A stretch of 64,000 nt of DNA from Gemmatimonadales bacterium (GCA_037189525.1 JBBCJC010000003.1:320001-384000); one strand, 5' to 3'; shown: positions 8,923 through 18,556, counted from the first letter of the stretch. The notes: generated by a model from the letters alone, not told the origin. Made by a program: numbers and translations.

Positions 8923-9844
8923 CGCGAATGAGGCGGTCGAGCGCCGTGTGCGCATCGCGCGCGGCGCGTTCGGCGCTGGCAGCGGAAACCCAGGCGAATC
9001 GAATGCTCCCGCCGAGTGGCTGCTGGGCAAAACGGTCGAGATCGGCGCCGATGACTGCACCGATCTTGGGATACCCGCCGACTGTCGGTCCATCGTGCAG
9101 AATCACGATCGGCTGGCCATCGTCGGGGATCTGGATCGCCCCGAGGCAGGTGCCTTCCGAGGGCAGCGTCGCGCGGATCGATGCGCGAACGGCCGGCCCG
9201 GCCAGTCGTGACCCCATCCGGTCGGATTGCGGCAGGAGGCGATAGGGCGCCGCGGTGAGCGCTGCCGCCGCATTACCGTCGAACCACTGATCATGTCCGG
9301 CGCCGGTGATTCGGATCGGCTCTTCGACCGACCCACCCAACGGCTTGGCGGCAGTCCCGGTCGGTGGTGGCGCACTTGCCTCGCCCAGCGGCAGGACATC
9401 GTCGCGGCGGAGCCCGCGGCCCTGCCACCCGCCGAGTCCCGTCGGCAGATAGGTAGCTCGGCTGCCCAGTAGTTCCGGAACCGCCAGTCCGCCCGACACC
9501 GCGAGATAGCAGAACCGTCCCTGCGGACCTGGCGTGAGCCGGACCGGCGTTCCCGGAGCCAGCGCGACGGTGGTTGCCGGCGGCAACGACTCCGAGCCGC
9601 ATCGCCATTCGCCGATGGCTCCGGTCGCTGCGATGACTACCGGCCGGCTCGTCTCAATCTCGATCGGGCCGAGGGTGACTTCGATGCCCGCAGCCGTGGG
9701 GTCGTTGCCCACCAGGGCGTTCGCGATGCGCAGCGAGCGTTGATCGAGGGCGCCCGCGGGCGGCAGGCCGATCGATCGCTGGCTGACTCGGCCGAGGTCC
9801 TGAATCGTGGCGAGGCCCGAGACGCTGCGGATCCGAACGGTCAT
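8891..9844 (-). CDS. pxpC: 5-oxoprolinase subunit C (allophanate hydrolase subunit 2-like)
   Basis: TIQDLGR, ANALVGN, GSRATY, SDRMGSRL, PTVGGYPKI; ATGA overlap with pxpB. Confidence 0.88.
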   Translation of the reverse strand: MTVRIRSVSGLATIQDLGRVSQRSIGLPPAGALDQRSLRIANALVGNDPTAAGIEVTLGPIEIETSRPVVIAATGAIGEWRCGSESLPPATTVALAPGTPVRLTPGPQGRFCYLAVSGGLAVPELLGSRATYLPTGLGGWQGRGLRRDDVLPLGEASAPPPTGTAAKPLGGSVEEPIRITGAGHDQWFDGNAAAALTAAPYRLLPQSDRMGSRLAGPAVRASIRATLPSEGTCLGAIQIPDDGQPIVILHDGPTVGGYPKIGAVIGADLDRFAQQPLGGSIRFAWVSAASAERAARDAHTALDRLIRAISRPDSIGR

Positions 9845-10491
9845 GCGCCGATCGCCTCGAACCGGACCCGGTCGCCCACGGCCAGGAGCGCGGGCGGCTG
9901 CCGGTACGGATCGAACAACGCGAGGGAGGTCGTGCCGAGGATCAACCAGCCGCCAGGCGTTTCGGCCGGATACACGCCGGTCTGCGCACCGGCAATCGCC
10001 ACCGATCCCGCCGGAACCCGACTGCGCGGGGTCGCCCGGCGCGGCAGGACGAGGCGAGGATCGAGAGGTTCGAGGTATGCGAAGCCCGGCACGAACCCCA
10101 GCAGAGCCACCTGATATTCCGGCGCCGTGTGCCGATCGATGACCTCGGCGACAGAACACTCCGTCGCGCGCGCGACCTCCTCGAGATCCAACCCGTCGTA
10201 GCGGACCGGAATGATCACGGTCTGGCCGGGACGTTCGGCCGGGGTTGGCGGGGCCAGCGCGAGGAGGGTTGGAATCCGGTCGCGGAGGAGCGCGAAGGAC
10301 GTGTCGCGCGGATCATAGTGCACCACCAGGGACACATACCCGGGAACGATGTCCACGACCCCTGGAAGCTGGGCAGCCCGGAGGATCGACGCATGATGGC
10401 GGACCACGCCGTCGAGTCCGGGAACCACCTGCGTGCCGTACCGGATCACGAGCCCTGCGTCGCCGTGCGGAGCTAAGCGCGGCCGTGTCAG
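9841..10491 (-). CDS. pxpB: 5-oxoprolinase subunit B (start uncertain: CTG 10491 or GTG 10449)
   Basis: VPGYVSL, IPVRY, GFVPGFAYL, PRR..PR..VPAGSVAIAG, TPGGW. Confidence 0.88.
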   Translation of the reverse strand: MTRPRLAPHGDAGLVIRYGTQVVPGLDGVVRHHASILRAAQLPGVVDIVPGYVSLVVHYDPRDTSFALLRDRIPTLLALAPPTPAERPGQTVIIPVRYDGLDLEEVARATECSVAEVIDRHTAPEYQVALLGFVPGFAYLEPLDPRLVLPRRATPRSRVPAGSVAIAGAQTGVYPAETPGGWLILGTTSLALFDPYRQPPALLAVGDRVRFEAIGA

Positions 10492-11249
10492 GGTGCGAAT
10501 GGCGCGACCTCTATCCCTAAGACGTCGAGGCGCTCGCGAATGGCGCGCAGCACCGCGACCGCTGCGGAGCCGTCGCCATGGACGCAGAGTGAATCGGGGC
10601 GGACGATCCGGCGGGTGCCGTCGGTCGCGATGACGTACCGATCGGTGATCATCCGGACGGCGCGTTCCACCATGGCGGGAATGTCGACCAGCACCGCGCC
10701 CGGCTGATCGCGCGGCACCAGGCGTCCGTCCGGTCGGTAGGCACGATCGACGAAGGCCTCGCGCGCGACGGTGACACCCTCCGCTTCGGCCGTAGTCAGC
10801 ATCGTGGTTCCATCCAGACCGAGCAGGACCAGATCGGGGTCGACGCTACGAATGGCGCGCGCCACGGCGCGGGCGGCGTTGTCGTCACGGGCGGCGCGGT
10901 TGTAGAGCGCGCCATGCGGTTTGACGTAGCGGAGCCGCGCGCCGTGCACGGTGCAGAACGCGGCCAGGGCGCCCACCTGGTAGATGACGTACGCTTCGAT
11001 TTCTTCGGTGGAGGCGTCGAGATCGCGGCGGCCGAATCCCTGGAGATCGGGGTACCCGGGATGCGCACCGATCGCGACCCGGCGGGCCGTGGCGCGGGAG
11101 ACGGTTTCCCGCATCACGATGGGGTCGCCGGCGTGGAAGCCGCAGGCGACGTTGGCGGAACTCACCAGACTCAACAACTCGGCGTCGGCGCTCAGACGAT
11201 AGCGTCCGAAGCCTTCGCCCAGATCGGCATTGAGGTCGATCGTGGTCAC
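10488..11249 (-). CDS. pxpA: 5-oxoprolinase subunit A (LamB/YcsF family)
   Basis: IDLNADLGEG, SANVACGFHAGDP, GAHPGYPD..GFGRR, VKPHGALYN, SLCVHGD. Confidence 0.93.
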   Translation of the reverse strand: MTTIDLNADLGEGFGRYRLSADAELLSLVSSANVACGFHAGDPIVMRETVSRATARRVAIGAHPGYPDLQGFGRRDLDASTEEIEAYVIYQVGALAAFCTVHGARLRYVKPHGALYNRAARDDNAARAVARAIRSVDPDLVLLGLDGTTMLTTAEAEGVTVAREAFVDRAYRPDGRLVPRDQPGAVLVDIPAMVERAVRMITDRYVIATDGTRRIVRPDSLCVHGDGSAAVAVLRAIRERLDVLGIEVAPFAP

Positions 11250-11929
11250 ATCGAGTCGGGAGGCGTCACCGCCGGCCGGACGATCCGGAACGCAAAATTC
11301 TGCTGGACCCATTGGCGAACCGGCCTGTTGGCCTGGATCGCCGGGCGGAAGTACATCGCCGCGAGCGCATTGCGGACCGAGTTGGTGAACTCGGGGTGAG
11401 TCGACTGAATCACCCGAATCGACATGCTGTCGACCCGCCCGGTCGAATCCACGACGTAGTTCACGAAGGTGGTGCCTTCCACGTTGTTGGCGAGCAGTTG
11501 AGCCGGATAGATCGGCGCGGCACTCCGCGGATCCCGGACCACCGCCGAATCCACCTCGATTTCCGTCAGGGCGGTTTCCGCTTCGATCAGCGCGCCCGGC
11601 GGCAGCTCCGAGGGCAGGGGATTGAGCAACTCACCCGGCGGACCGAGCGGAATGGTTGCTTCGGGTTCCGCATGGGCCAACGCCTCCTCCGTCGCGCCCG
11701 ACTGCTCCACCAGACCGGACCAGTCGACGCCACCGGCCCCCGCCGAACCGCCGGGGCGATCGGGTGCAATGAAGAAGGTAACCAGCTGATCGAGTCGGTT
11801 CACTTCGTTCGACTCCGCGCTCCGGGGCAGGACCAGTGGCGACACCACCAGCGCGTGGAGTACCAGGCTTGCCGTCGCGCCTACGTCCCAAGGACGCGCG
11901 GACGGCGGAAGCAAGCAAAATTCGGCCAT
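11246..11929 (-). CDS. TonB-like energy transducer (TonB_C domain)
   Basis: N-terminal anchor SLVLH; C-terminal PIYP..EG...VVDSTGRV...FRPA. Confidence 0.75.
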   Translation of the reverse strand: MAEFCLLPPSARPWDVGATASLVLHALVVSPLVLPRSAESNEVNRLDQLVTFFIAPDRPGGSAGAGGVDWSGLVEQSGATEEALAHAEPEATIPLGPPGELLNPLPSELPPGALIEAETALTEIEVDSAVVRDPRSAAPIYPAQLLANNVEGTTFVNYVVDSTGRVDSMSIRVIQSTHPEFTNSVRNALAAMYFRPAIQANRPVRQWVQQNFAFRIVRPAVTPPDSM

Positions 11930-12018
11930 GGACGAAGTCCTCAGCGTCAACACTATGTAACCTATCCTGACGGGGGCAAGGGGGACCGGGTTTCGCCACG
12001 GTTATTTCCGACAGTTAG

Positions 12019-12053
12019 TTTTATTTGACAAATAAAAGTATATCTCCTAGTGT
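12019..12053 (+). promoter_or_regulatory. Sigma-70 promoter of the marR-like gene with overlapping palindromic operator
   Basis: TTGACA (12025-12030) N17 TAGTGT (12048-12053); perfect palindrome TTTTATTTG-A-CAAATAAAA (12019-12037). Confidence 0.8.
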
Positions 12054-12059
12054 TGATGC

Positions 12060-12539
12060 ATGGTTCGTGATGCCGTCGCCCAACTGATGACTGCGTACCC
12101 GGTGCTGTACCACGCCCTGCGGCAACGCGAGCAGGTCGGGCGGGGCGGAGCGCGGGTCAGTGCGCATCAGGCCACCGTGCTGGCGCACCTCAGCGCGGAG
12201 GCGGGCCAAACCCTCACCGAGCTGGCCACGGCGCTCGGCGTCGCGCTGCCGACCATGTCGTTGCTGATGGATCGGTTGGTGCGCGCTGGGCTGGTGCTCC
12301 GCGAGCGCGACCCGGTCGACGGCCGGCGGGTGGCGCTCCGGTTGACGGAGGCCGGGGCCTCGATCGTTCAGGGCCAGTCGATGCTCGATCCGGGCCGGGT
12401 TCGGGCGCTACTGGCCACTCTATCGGCCCGGGAGCGGGCGGCGGGTGTGGAAGGGCTCATCACCTTGGCGCGAGCTGCGCGCCGCATGGCGGACGGGGCG
12501 GCCGAGTCGCCGCCGTCCTCGAAGCGAGGTGGTACATGA
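12060..12539 (+). CDS. MarR family transcriptional regulator
   Basis: ELATALGV..PTMS..MDRLVRAGLV.R.RDPVDGRR..LRLT winged-helix signature. Confidence 0.9.
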   Translation: MVRDAVAQLMTAYPVLYHALRQREQVGRGGARVSAHQATVLAHLSAEAGQTLTELATALGVALPTMSLLMDRLVRAGLVLRERDPVDGRRVALRLTEAGASIVQGQSMLDPGRVRALLATLSARERAAGVEGLITLARAARRMADGAAESPPSSKRGGT

Positions 12540-13114
12540 CGAGGTCCTATATGAATCGTCGTCAACGTCGCCGGCGGGCCAGGATGATGCGTATCCTGGC
12601 ACTGCTGCCGTTACTCGCGGCCGTCGGGTTGTGGGGAGTGGGGTCCCGGCTTTCTCCCCGCCACGTCGAGGAATCCGTGGCCTGGATCCCGGCGTCTCCG
12701 GAATCGGTCTGGCTGGTGTTGACCGACCTGGATGGCATGCCGTCCTGGCGCCGCGACCTGACCAGCGTGGAGCGGCTGCCCAACGGGCCGCGAGCGGAAC
12801 TGATCCGCTGGCGTGAAGTGAGCGCCGGTGGGCGGCAGACCGCGATGGAGCGTCTGGAAGCGCTGCCGCCGGAGCGGCTCGTGATCCGGCCTGCCGGCGC
12901 GGCAGACTCGACGCGCCGGTGGGTCTACCGGCTGGCGCCCAAGGATCAGGGAACGGAAGTGGTGCTGCGTGACGAGCGCGACGTCGCACACCCCGTGCGC
13001 CGAGTCTTGGTGGGCATCTTCGGAGCCGATCGCTCGCGGATCGAGGGGTTGGCGGAAGATCTCGAGCGCCGTCTCGTCGGGCGGGCCGGTCAGCTGGCGG
13101 CGCGCGGCCTCTGA
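12536..13114 (+). CDS. SRPBCC (START-like) family protein with membrane anchor
   Basis: IPASPESVW.VLTD...PSW motif; N-terminal TM; ATGA coupling. Confidence 0.7.
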   Translation: MTRSYMNRRQRRRRARMMRILALLPLLAAVGLWGVGSRLSPRHVEESVAWIPASPESVWLVLTDLDGMPSWRRDLTSVERLPNGPRAELIRWREVSAGGRQTAMERLEALPPERLVIRPAGAADSTRRWVYRLAPKDQGTEVVLRDERDVAHPVRRVLVGIFGADRSRIEGLAEDLERRLVGRAGQLAARGL

Positions 13115-13124
13115 GGCTCGCCGG

Positions 13125-13424
13125 TCACCTCTCGCCGGGCGCCGGGATCTGACCGCAGAGGATCAGGGCGCGCTCGCGGTAGATCTCGATCAGGTCGAAG
13201 TGTGGCGTCCGGCTCCGGTGGAACCATTCGTCGCGGCAGCCCAGCAAGCGGGCTGCCCGGAAGAGCGCCGGTTCGTCTTGCGCGAGCAGGTGGCAGGTGA
13301 GCCGGCCGCGGAAGCGGAAGATGTTCTCGTGTACGGCAATTCCGCCGGAGTCGGCCCAGAGACGTGCTGCCACTACCTCGCGTGACCTGAAGTAGCGCCA
13401 TTCGGTCACGCGCGATTCACTCAT
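13125..13424 (-). CDS. DUF4031-like protein
   Basis: HLLA.D...L...A..LG....WF.....PHFDL pattern; overlaps the arfB stop. Confidence 0.55.
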   Translation of the reverse strand: MSESRVTEWRYFRSREVVAARLWADSGGIAVHENIFRFRGRLTCHLLAQDEPALFRAARLLGCRDEWFHRSRTPHFDLIEIYRERALILCGQIPAPGER

Positions 13425-13836
13425 CGGGACCGGGCCGGCGGCGCTGGCGTTTGGTGTCGCCGCGTTTCCGCTTGGTGGCCAGACGCCGGAGCTTCTCGCT
13501 TCGCGGTACTCGTGTCGCGTGCCTGACGCGGGGTGGCCGGCGTGCCTGGTCGACCAGTTCCGTCATCCGCGCTTCGGCCGCAATGCGATTGTGGAACTGG
13601 CTCCGCGAATCGCTGGCGACGATCCGGAGCCATCCGTCGTCGTCGATCCGGCCGCGCAGAATTTCGAGGACGCGGGCCTGTTCGTCGTCGTCGAGCGCCT
13701 TGGTGGTGCGCACGTTCCATCGGAGCTCGACCCGGGTCGAACTGGTATTGACGTGCTGGCCGCCCGGGCCGCCGGATCGGCTGGCACGGAACTCGAGTTC
13801 GTCAGGCGGAATCCGAAACTCCGGCGGTTGCATCAT
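13417..13836 (-). CDS. arfB: Alternative ribosome rescue peptidyl-tRNA hydrolase ArfB
   Basis: SRSGGPGGQHVN, RSQFHNR, basic C-terminal tail. Confidence 0.92.
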   Translation of the reverse strand: MMQPPEFRIPPDELEFRASRSGGPGGQHVNTSSTRVELRWNVRTTKALDDDEQARVLEILRGRIDDDGWLRIVASDSRSQFHNRIAAEARMTELVDQARRPPRVRHATRVPRSEKLRRLATKRKRGDTKRQRRRPGPDE

Positions 13837-13941
13837 CGAAGTATAGGGGTGCGGTCCCGGGGGAGGGAAACGTGTTTCCCGAACTCCGGCGGACCGTTAC
13901 GTTTCGGACTGGGACTGTATCAGGGTCGACGTCAGGGGACT

Positions 13942-14493
13942 ATGCGACTTTTCATGGCTGTACCACTGCCGCCCGAGGCGGAGCGCGCGACGGTCGAGAC
14001 GATGCGTCGGCTCAAAACGGCCAACTGGCCGGTTCGCTGGGTCGGGGAGGACGGTTTGCATGTCACCCTCAAATTTTTTGGCGAAGTCACGCGCGATCGG
14101 GTCGACGCCTTGGCCGAGTTGCTGGAGCGTTCGACGCGGGACATGGCGCCCGTCGGGATGTCGTTGACCGGGCTCGGCTGTTTTCCGAACACGGCGCGGC
14201 CGAAAGTGCTGTATTCGGAAGCCGAAGCCGAGTCGGGGTTGGAGCTGTTGCAGGATCGGATCGAGCGCGGGGCCGATCAGTTGGGCTTTCCGCCGGAAGG
14301 TCGTCCCTTTCGTCCGCATGTGACACTCGGCAGGGTACGGGAAGGGCATCGGCTGCCCAGCGGCTGGCACGAGGTGGCGGCGGACATACCGCCGGTGGAG
14401 CCGTTTCTGGTCGATCGGGTGGTACTGTTCGAGAGTGAACTGGGCGACGGTGCGCCGCGGTACGTGCCGCGCGCCGAGGCGCGGTTGGCCTGA
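13942..14493 (+). CDS. thpR: RNA 2',3'-cyclic phosphodiesterase (2H family)
   Basis: MRLFMAV, two HxT motifs (LHVTLKF, PHVTLGR), LFESEL. Confidence 0.9.
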   Translation: MRLFMAVPLPPEAERATVETMRRLKTANWPVRWVGEDGLHVTLKFFGEVTRDRVDALAELLERSTRDMAPVGMSLTGLGCFPNTARPKVLYSEAEAESGLELLQDRIERGADQLGFPPEGRPFRPHVTLGRVREGHRLPSGWHEVAADIPPVEPFLVDRVVLFESELGDGAPRYVPRAEARLA

Positions 14494-15131
14494 TGCTCGG
14501 CTGCCTTTCTCTTCCGGCTCGTCTGCTCGGCGCGGCGCTGGTAATCGGCGCCGGCTATCTCGCGTGGCACAATCAGGATGCGATCCGGCGCTGGATTCAT
14601 CGGGCAACGGCCGAGACGCCGCGGCCCGTGGAAGCGGTTGCTCCGGAGGCCCGTAAGGCGCGCATCGTGGCCCGGTTCGATTCCCTGGCGACACGGCGCC
14701 TCGATTCTGTCAAGCTGAGCGAAGTCGATGTCGAAACGCTGGTGGCCGACGAGCTGACCCGCCAGGCGCGGGGGTACGCCGACAGCCTGCGGATCGAATT
14801 CGGCAACGGCACGGTGGCGGTGCGTGCGCAGGTCGACGCCGACCGCCTACCGCCCGGCGCGCTCGGTGCGCTGTCGGAATGGATCAAGGGACGGCAGACC
14901 GTCGAAGTTCGCGGCGGGCTGGGCCTGCTCCGGCTCGGCTCGGCCGAATGGCGGATCGAGCAGGTCCTGGTCCGTGGGGTGCCGCTGCCCAAGGCGCTGT
15001 GGGAGAAATACATCGGCGTCCTGGTGGCGGGGGCCTCGTCGTCGCTGGTCTTCCCGGTCGATGACTGGATCACCGGCCTTCGGGTCGCACCCGGTTCGCT
15101 GACGCTCTACGGGCGCGGGGTGCAGCGATGA
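14493..15131 (+). CDS. Hypothetical membrane-anchored protein
   Basis: TGATG coupling to thpR; N-terminal TM; overlaps the next gene's start. Confidence 0.6.
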   Translation: MLGCLSLPARLLGAALVIGAGYLAWHNQDAIRRWIHRATAETPRPVEAVAPEARKARIVARFDSLATRRLDSVKLSEVDVETLVADELTRQARGYADSLRIEFGNGTVAVRAQVDADRLPPGALGALSEWIKGRQTVEVRGGLGLLRLGSAEWRIEQVLVRGVPLPKALWEKYIGVLVAGASSSLVFPVDDWITGLRVAPGSLTLYGRGVQR

Positions 15132-16489
15132 AGCCCAAGGTCCTGGTCATCGATGACGAGACGGGGGTGCGCGAAGCACTCCGTCAGGTGCTCGACTACG
15201 AGGGGATGGACGTTCGCTTGGCGGCGTCGGGCGGAGAGGGCCTCACGCTCTTCGAGTCGTTCGAACCGCATGTCGTGCTGCTCGACGTCAAGATGGCGGG
15301 ACTCGATGGTCTCGAGGTCCTGTCGCGGCTCCGGGTGGTCGATCCGGCGGCCACGGTGGTCATGATCTCGGGTCATGCGACGATTGCGACTGCCGTCGAA
15401 GCGACCCAGCAGGGCGCCTTCGACTTCCTCGAAAAGCCGCTCGACACCGATCGGTTGCTGGTGACGCTGCGCAACGCCATGGCGCACATCTCGCTCGCCG
15501 GCGAGAACGAGCGGCTCAAGGTCGCGCTCGATACCAAGTATCCGATGGTCGGGTCGAGTGATGCCCTGCGGGGCGTCCGCGATCTGATTGCCCGGGTCGG
15601 ACCGACCGATGCGCGGGTCCTCATTACGGGAGAAAACGGCACGGGTAAGGAACTGGTGGCGCGCGCGATCCACGAGGCGTCACCGCGCCGAGACCGGACC
15701 TTCGTCGAGGTCAACTGCGCCGCCATTCCGACCGAACTGATCGAGAGCGAACTGTTTGGCCATATGAAGGGCAGCTTTACCGGGGCGGTCAACGATCGGC
15801 CCGGCAAGTTCGAACTGGCCGACGGCGGGACCCTGTTCCTCGATGAGATCGGGGACATGTCGCTTTCTGCGCAGGCCAAGGTGCTGCGGGTATTGCAGGA
15901 GGGCGTGGTGACCCGGATCGGCTCGGCCCGATCGAGCGAGGTCGACGTGCGCGTGCTGGCGGCTACCAATAAACTGCTCGAAACGGAGATTGCTGAAGGG
16001 CGATTCCGCGAAGACCTCTTCTACCGGCTCAACGTGGTGCCGATCCGGGTGCCGTCGCTGCGTGATCGGCGCGACGACATCGGAGAGCTGGTTGCGCATT
16101 TCGTCGAGCAGCTAGGCGGCCGCGCCGGGATGACGGCCAAGGTGTTTGCTCCGGAGGCGGTCGAGCGGCTCGAGACCCGCAGTTGGCCGGGCAACGTCCG
16201 GGAACTGCGGAACGCGGTCGAGCGGCTCCTGATCCTGTCGGGCCGGGTGGTGACGGCGGCGGATGTCGACCGCCTGTTGCCGGGGTCGGTGAGTCAGCCG
16301 CTCGAGGTCCCGGAGGCCATCGAGGGCAGTTTCGAGAACTTCCGCCAGGATGCGGAGCGGCTCTTCCTGCTGCAGAAGTTGCGAGAGAACGACTGGAACG
16401 TGTCCGAAACGGCGCGGGCGCTGGCCATGCCGAGATCCAATCTTTACAAGAAAATCGAGAAGCATCAGCTAACGCGGGAGTCACGATGA
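15128..16489 (+). CDS. Sigma-54-dependent response regulator (NtrC/NtrX family)
   Basis: Receiver (IDDE, LLDVKM, EKP), GENGTGKE, ESELFGH.KGSFTGA, LFLDEIG, WPGNVREL, Fis-type HTH. Confidence 0.93.
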   Translation: MKPKVLVIDDETGVREALRQVLDYEGMDVRLAASGGEGLTLFESFEPHVVLLDVKMAGLDGLEVLSRLRVVDPAATVVMISGHATIATAVEATQQGAFDFLEKPLDTDRLLVTLRNAMAHISLAGENERLKVALDTKYPMVGSSDALRGVRDLIARVGPTDARVLITGENGTGKELVARAIHEASPRRDRTFVEVNCAAIPTELIESELFGHMKGSFTGAVNDRPGKFELADGGTLFLDEIGDMSLSAQAKVLRVLQEGVVTRIGSARSSEVDVRVLAATNKLLETEIAEGRFREDLFYRLNVVPIRVPSLRDRRDDIGELVAHFVEQLGGRAGMTAKVFAPEAVERLETRSWPGNVRELRNAVERLLILSGRVVTAADVDRLLPGSVSQPLEVPEAIEGSFENFRQDAERLFLLQKLRENDWNVSETARALAMPRSNLYKKIEKHQLTRESR

Positions 16490-16950
16490 CGTCGAATCAG
16501 CCGCGCGACTGGGACAAAGAAATGGCGGAGATCGATAAGATCATTGCGCAGGCGCCGCCTCCGCAGGTCGGGAGCGGTAGTGCGGCTCCGGCTGCGCGTT
16601 CTGCGCCGGCGCCGACACGCGCGCAGGCGCCTGCCGCATCATCCGTCGTCGGGCGCGGCGCGCGGTTCTCCACCTGGCTCCGGGTCGGGCTCGGTGTTGC
16701 GCTGGCGGCCGCCATGACGCAGTGGCCCTACATTCATGCCTGCGGTGTGCCCTTGATGCTCTATCTGGGCGCCGTCGGGGTGGTGCTGATCAGCGGCGCC
16801 TGGGGCATGGTCTCGAGCTGGCATCGCCGGATGGCTGCTGCGCACATCATCTCGCTTGCCGTGCTGATCTGGGGCGGTATTCTGCTGGCCGCGACGCTGC
16901 TGCCCCGTGTGGGGTACGCAGGGCAGGTCGCCACCTGGTTCTGTTCCTGA
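16486..16950 (+). CDS. Hypothetical membrane protein
   Basis: ATGA overlap; RDWDKEMAEIDK N-terminus, Ala/Pro linker, three TM segments. Confidence 0.65.
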   Translation: MTSNQPRDWDKEMAEIDKIIAQAPPPQVGSGSAAPAARSAPAPTRAQAPAASSVVGRGARFSTWLRVGLGVALAAAMTQWPYIHACGVPLMLYLGAVGVVLISGAWGMVSSWHRRMAAAHIISLAVLIWGGILLAATLLPRVGYAGQVATWFCS

Positions 16951-17068
16951 CCCCTCGCCCGGTGGTCCGGGGTTGGCCGAGCCGCGGAATCGACTAGCTT
17001 GCGCATGATCGCAGACGGCCGATTCGTCCGGTCACCACCGGTTCACCTTCTTTCTGACGCAGACTTCG

Positions 17069-18556
17069 ATGGCCAAGAACTTCAAGAACTTCATTGCCGG
17101 CGCTTGGACGGTACCGTCCACCGGGACCTACTTCGAGAATCGTAACCCCGCCAATACGCGCGACCTGATCGGCCGGTTCCCGGAGTCGTCGGCCCGCGAT
17201 GTTGCGCGCGCGGTTGCGGCAGCCAAGCAGGGTTTCGAACGCTGGTCTCGGGTTCCCGCGCCGGCGCGCGGCGATATCCTTCGTCGGATCGGTGACGTAC
17301 TGGTCGACCGTAAGGAAGCCTTGGCCAACGCGATGACGCGCGAGATGGGCAAAGTCCTGGCCGAGACGCGCGGCGACGTTCAGGAAGCGATCGACACGGC
17401 CTACTATGCGGCGTCCGAAGGGCGGCGCCTGTTCGGACACGTGGTGCCGTCGGAGCTTCGACGGAAATGGGCCATGAGCTATCGGCGGCCGATCGGCGTG
17501 GTCGGGCTCGTGACGCCGTTCAATTTCCCGCTCGCCATTCCGACCTGGAAAATGTTCCCGGCGCTGCTCTGCGGAAATTCCGTGGTGCTCAAGCCCTCCG
17601 AAGACGTCCCCCATACGTCGAGCCTGCTGGTCGAAATCCTGCTCGAGGCGGGATTGCCGCCCGAGGCGATTCAGCTGGTGCATGGCAAGGGCGCTGCAGG
17701 ACAGGCCCTGGTGGAACATCCCGACGTCGCGGTCGTCTCCTTTACCGGTTCGACCGATACCGGCGCGCTGGTCGGCGAAACCTGCGGCCGGATGCACAAG
17801 CGGTTGTCGCTCGAGATGGGCGGCAAGAACGCGATGATCGTGATGGATGACGCCGATCTCGATCTGGCACTCGACGGCGTGCTGTGGGGGGCGTTCGGTA
17901 CCACCGGCCAGCGCTGCACCGCGACCAGTCGGTTGCTGCTGCACCGGAAGATTCACGATCGCTTCGTGCGGCGGCTGGCCGAAGCGGCCGAAGGTCTCAT
18001 TGTCGGCGACGGCCGCGTGCCCAAGACCCAGGTCGGGCCCTTGATTCACGAGCGGTCGCGCCAGAAGGTCGAACGGTACGTCGCGATCGGCGTGGAGCAG
18101 GGCGCTGAAGTCGTCGTGGGTGGCCGCAAGCCGCGTGGAGCCAAGTATCAGAACGGATGGTTCTACCGGCCGACCATTCTGACGGGTGTGAAGCCCAGCC
18201 ATCGGGTGGCGCAGGAGGAAATTTTCGGTCCGGTGCTGAGCGTCATTCGCTTCAGCAACTTCGATGAAGTGGTGCGGATCAACAACGGGGTCAAGTACGG
18301 ATTATCGAGTGCGCTCTATACCCGCGACGTGAATCAGGGTTTCCGCGCGCTCGAAGAGCTCGACAACGGGATCACGTACATCAATGCGCCGACCATCGGG
18401 GCGGAGGCGCATCTCCCGTTCGGCGGGATCAAGCAGACCGGCAACGGTCATCGTGAAGTCGGCTGGGAAGGGTATGAGTTCTTCTCGGAAACGAAAGTGT
18501 GCTATGTCGATTACTCGGGGACGCTGCAGCGCGCGCAGATCGACAACTACGACTGA
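17069..18556 (+). CDS. Aldehyde dehydrogenase family protein
   Basis: PFNFP, SFTGS, LEMGGKN, GQRCTA, EEIFGPV. Confidence 0.95.
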   Translation: MAKNFKNFIAGAWTVPSTGTYFENRNPANTRDLIGRFPESSARDVARAVAAAKQGFERWSRVPAPARGDILRRIGDVLVDRKEALANAMTREMGKVLAETRGDVQEAIDTAYYAASEGRRLFGHVVPSELRRKWAMSYRRPIGVVGLVTPFNFPLAIPTWKMFPALLCGNSVVLKPSEDVPHTSSLLVEILLEAGLPPEAIQLVHGKGAAGQALVEHPDVAVVSFTGSTDTGALVGETCGRMHKRLSLEMGGKNAMIVMDDADLDLALDGVLWGAFGTTGQRCTATSRLLLHRKIHDRFVRRLAEAAEGLIVGDGRVPKTQVGPLIHERSRQKVERYVAIGVEQGAEVVVGGRKPRGAKYQNGWFYRPTILTGVKPSHRVAQEEIFGPVLSVIRFSNFDEVVRINNGVKYGLSSALYTRDVNQGFRALEELDNGITYINAPTIGAEAHLPFGGIKQTGNGHREVGWEGYEFFSETKVCYVDYSGTLQRAQIDNYD

